From the NCBI GenBank assembly GCA_964471035.1, contig CAYYFY010000001.1, forward strand, positions 1-25,704: DNA of 25,704 nt. The letters are read 5' to 3'. This document shows, piece after piece, positions 23,622-25,704 of the stretch. The notes beneath the pieces were generated by a model that did no database searches, was not told the DNA's origin, and saw only the letters and a list, made by a program, of their open reading frames with translations. This DNA is from an uncultured Eubacteriales bacterium. GTDB taxonomy: Bacteria; Bacillota; Clostridia; Oscillospirales; Acutalibacteraceae. Each line of letters begins with the position of its first letter. Position 1 is the stretch's first letter. The position numbers were made by a program, and so were the translations under genes.

Positions 23622-23803
23622 AATGAATAATGAATAATTCAGGGCGGGGCAAGCCCCGCAAAGAACCGCAAGCGGTTTTCTTTGAAAACGCTATCGCGTT
23701 TTCGCCCCGATTATAATGGGTGAGGGCGAAACCCTCCCGAAATTATTCATTTTTCATTAGCAGAGAACCGCTTGCGGTTCTTTAGCGACATTCATTATTC
23801 ATT
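23622..23803. repeat. Miniature inverted-repeat element of AATGAAT heptamers and GC-rich hairpins
   Basis: AATGAATAATGAAT (23622-23635) and its perfect inverse at 23790-23803; a second inverse copy at 23740-23758; a 22-bp inverted pair 23660-23681/23762-23783 (21/22); several small hairpins. Confidence 0.75.
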
Positions 23804-23830
23804 AAAAATCCCCCTAATGGAGATATGATT

Positions 23831-25618
23831 ATGAAAAAAAGGTATCTGCTCGCCCTCCTGCCCATCGCCGCTGCCGCCGTACCGGCGGTTAAGGCTTTTC
23901 GGCTGATGAAAAAGCCGGTCAAGGAACGCAATCCTATTCTTGAAAAGAAGTATGTCGCCGCGCTGTCGCGTCTGCATAAGAATATCCCCGACGCGCCGTC
24001 ACAGGCGCTTCCCAATGCTGTGCCTATCGGCAACGGCGCGTTTTTGAGCGAACCCGCCAAGGGCGCGCACTGGAGCCTCGGCTACGCGAAAATCAGCACG
24101 CTGCCCGCCGACATCCTCGATAAGCCCTACTATATCGGCGGCACGATTTTAGTCCCCTTAAACAAAGCCGAGGCTGTCGAGGACGACCTGTTTGTCAGGA
24201 CAATCTGCCTTGACGACGGCAGCGGGCGGGGCAAAACGGCGTTCGCGGTCGTGGACTGTATCGGTCTTTCCAATAAAAACGTGCGCTTGGTGCGCGAGAT
24301 GCTAAAGGACTTTATGGCCGAGAACAACATCGCCTGCCTGAACGTCGTATCAACGCACGACCACAGCGCGGTGGACACCATGGGCATCTGGGGTCCGGTA
24401 CCGTCGGTATACAAGCACAACAAAGCGGTCTTGAACGGCAATAAAAGCGGAGAACTCAAAAATTCGGTCGACGAGGGCTACATGGCGTTTCTGCTCGGCA
24501 CGATTGCCGCATCCGTCAGACAGGCGTGCCTTTCTATGAAATCGGGCAAGCTGTACGCCGCCCAGATGGGCAATAACAGCCGCGAGCGTTTTAATGAGGA
24601 CGACGACATCGTCGGGCAAGGGCTTTCCGACTACCTGTGGGACAGGCGTCCGCCGCGCGACAACTCGACGCTGCTGACGCGCCTGCGCTTTGTGCCCGAC
24701 GACAAAAACGTAAAGCCGACGCTGATTGTCAGCTGCGCGGGACATCCGTACATAAATTCCCTGCCCATCAGGGGCAAGAACTCCGGCCGGACTATTTCGG
24801 GCGACTTCGTCTACTACATGGGCGACACGCTCGAAAAAGCCGATTACAACTTCCTGTTCTTCAACGGCGCGGTCGAGGCGGTCTATCCGCACAGGCTCTA
24901 CAGCGACAAGCTTAAAAATATCGGCCAGGCGAAAGCGGTCGGCTCCGAGCTTGCCATGATTACGCTCGCCATGACAAAAACGCCGGAGCAGATCGCCGCC
25001 GACCCTGTCCTCAGTCCCGATATATATGAAAAGACTATGGGCATTTTCGGCGAGGGCGAAAAGAGCCAATACGCGTCGTGGCTCGAAAAGAAGGGCGAAA
25101 GGATAGTTCCCGAACAAGAAGTCGAGCCGCTCCTTAACATCCGCGTCGCCGAGGCGCTCTTAAAAGTGGACAATCCGATTTATATCCTCATCGGCAAGCT
25201 GCACATCGGCAGCTTCGGCATTTACAGAACCCCTGACGGCGCGTACAACGGGCTTACAGAGGTCGGCTATATGGAGCTGGGTAAAACCTTAAAATTCGCC
25301 ATGATCCCGGGCGAGATGGACCCGTCTATAACGAGCGGCACGCTCGTCATGAAGGGCGAAAACGTCTGGTCGGGCGAGGACTTCCCCCTGCCCTCCATAG
25401 AGGAAATCGCCGGCACGGACAAGCTCTGCGTCATTGGCTTAGCCAACGACGCCATCGGCTACATCATCCCCGACAACGACTTTTTAATGGTGTTCTTCGG
25501 TTCGTCGGACAGAGCGTATAAGCTGTTCGGCAGCCACTATCAGGAGATTTTCTCGTTCGGAAAAACGACCGCCTCGACGCTGGTCAAAGCGTTTATAAAA
25601 GCGGTTCACGATGATTAA
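23831..25618 (+). CDS. Membrane-anchored or secreted neutral-ceramidase-like metallo-amidohydrolase
   Basis: N-terminal hydrophobic segment; DDLFVRTICL, VVDCIGL, STHDHSAVD, PGEMDP, GLANDAIGYI, YQE..SFG. ATG 23831 is 8 nt after GGAG (ORF track starts at 23825). Confidence 0.65.
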   Translation: MKKRYLLALLPIAAAAVPAVKAFRLMKKPVKERNPILEKKYVAALSRLHKNIPDAPSQALPNAVPIGNGAFLSEPAKGAHWSLGYAKISTLPADILDKPYYIGGTILVPLNKAEAVEDDLFVRTICLDDGSGRGKTAFAVVDCIGLSNKNVRLVREMLKDFMAENNIACLNVVSTHDHSAVDTMGIWGPVPSVYKHNKAVLNGNKSGELKNSVDEGYMAFLLGTIAASVRQACLSMKSGKLYAAQMGNNSRERFNEDDDIVGQGLSDYLWDRRPPRDNSTLLTRLRFVPDDKNVKPTLIVSCAGHPYINSLPIRGKNSGRTISGDFVYYMGDTLEKADYNFLFFNGAVEAVYPHRLYSDKLKNIGQAKAVGSELAMITLAMTKTPEQIAADPVLSPDIYEKTMGIFGEGEKSQYASWLEKKGERIVPEQEVEPLLNIRVAEALLKVDNPIYILIGKLHIGSFGIYRTPDGAYNGLTEVGYMELGKTLKFAMIPGEMDPSITSGTLVMKGENVWSGEDFPLPSIEEIAGTDKLCVIGLANDAIGYIIPDNDFLMVFFGSSDRAYKLFGSHYQEIFSFGKTTASTLVKAFIKAVHDD

Positions 25619-25632
25619 AAGGATTTGATAAC

Positions 25633-25704
25633 ATGATCATACCGTTACAAAAAGTCCTTGCGGTGATACTGATGCTGATCTCCGTCATTATAGGTTTGCC
25701 CATT
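25633..25704 (+). CDS. 5' part of a CDS with a signal peptide or TM segment, truncated by the window end
   Basis: SD AAAGGA, then MIIPLQKVLAVILMLISVIIGLPI, open to the window edge. Confidence 0.6.
   Translation, partial: MIIPLQKVLAVILMLISVIIGLPI

Overview
Firmicutes-type chromosomal window (Clostridia-like gene content; taxonomy inferred). Left end (1-3230) is a nested mobile-DNA junction at the 3' end of rlmD. It holds a minus-strand group II intron (5' end GTGCG at 1837, RT/maturase 40-1320, domain V at 6-38, domain VI cut by the window edge), whose EBS1 loop (CUCCUU) matches a Shine-Dalgarno-like 5' exon (AAGGAG). That exon is the edge of a 48-bp att-like pseudo-palindrome that duplicates the rlmD 3' tail. 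Between the two rlmD-tail copies lie a large serine recombinase C-terminal relic, an AT-rich SAM methyltransferase gene and tandem degenerate att-arm repeats. A minus-strand housekeeping run follows: rlmD, RNase M5-like, holA, comEC, HIT, alaS, a COG1373 AAA+/DUF4143 gene, a DMT transporter, ychF and a NERD/Zn-ribbon gene. From 15978 everything is on the plus strand: GPH sugar symporter, PHP metallohydrolase, SGNH esterase, proB, proA, FAD oxidoreductase, a membrane protein, a ceramidase-like hydrolase and a truncated ORF. Two intergenic regions (5130-5259, 23622-23803) are almost fully tiled by hairpins. No rRNA, tRNA or CRISPR array was seen. All family calls come from motif recognition by eye; no database searches were run.
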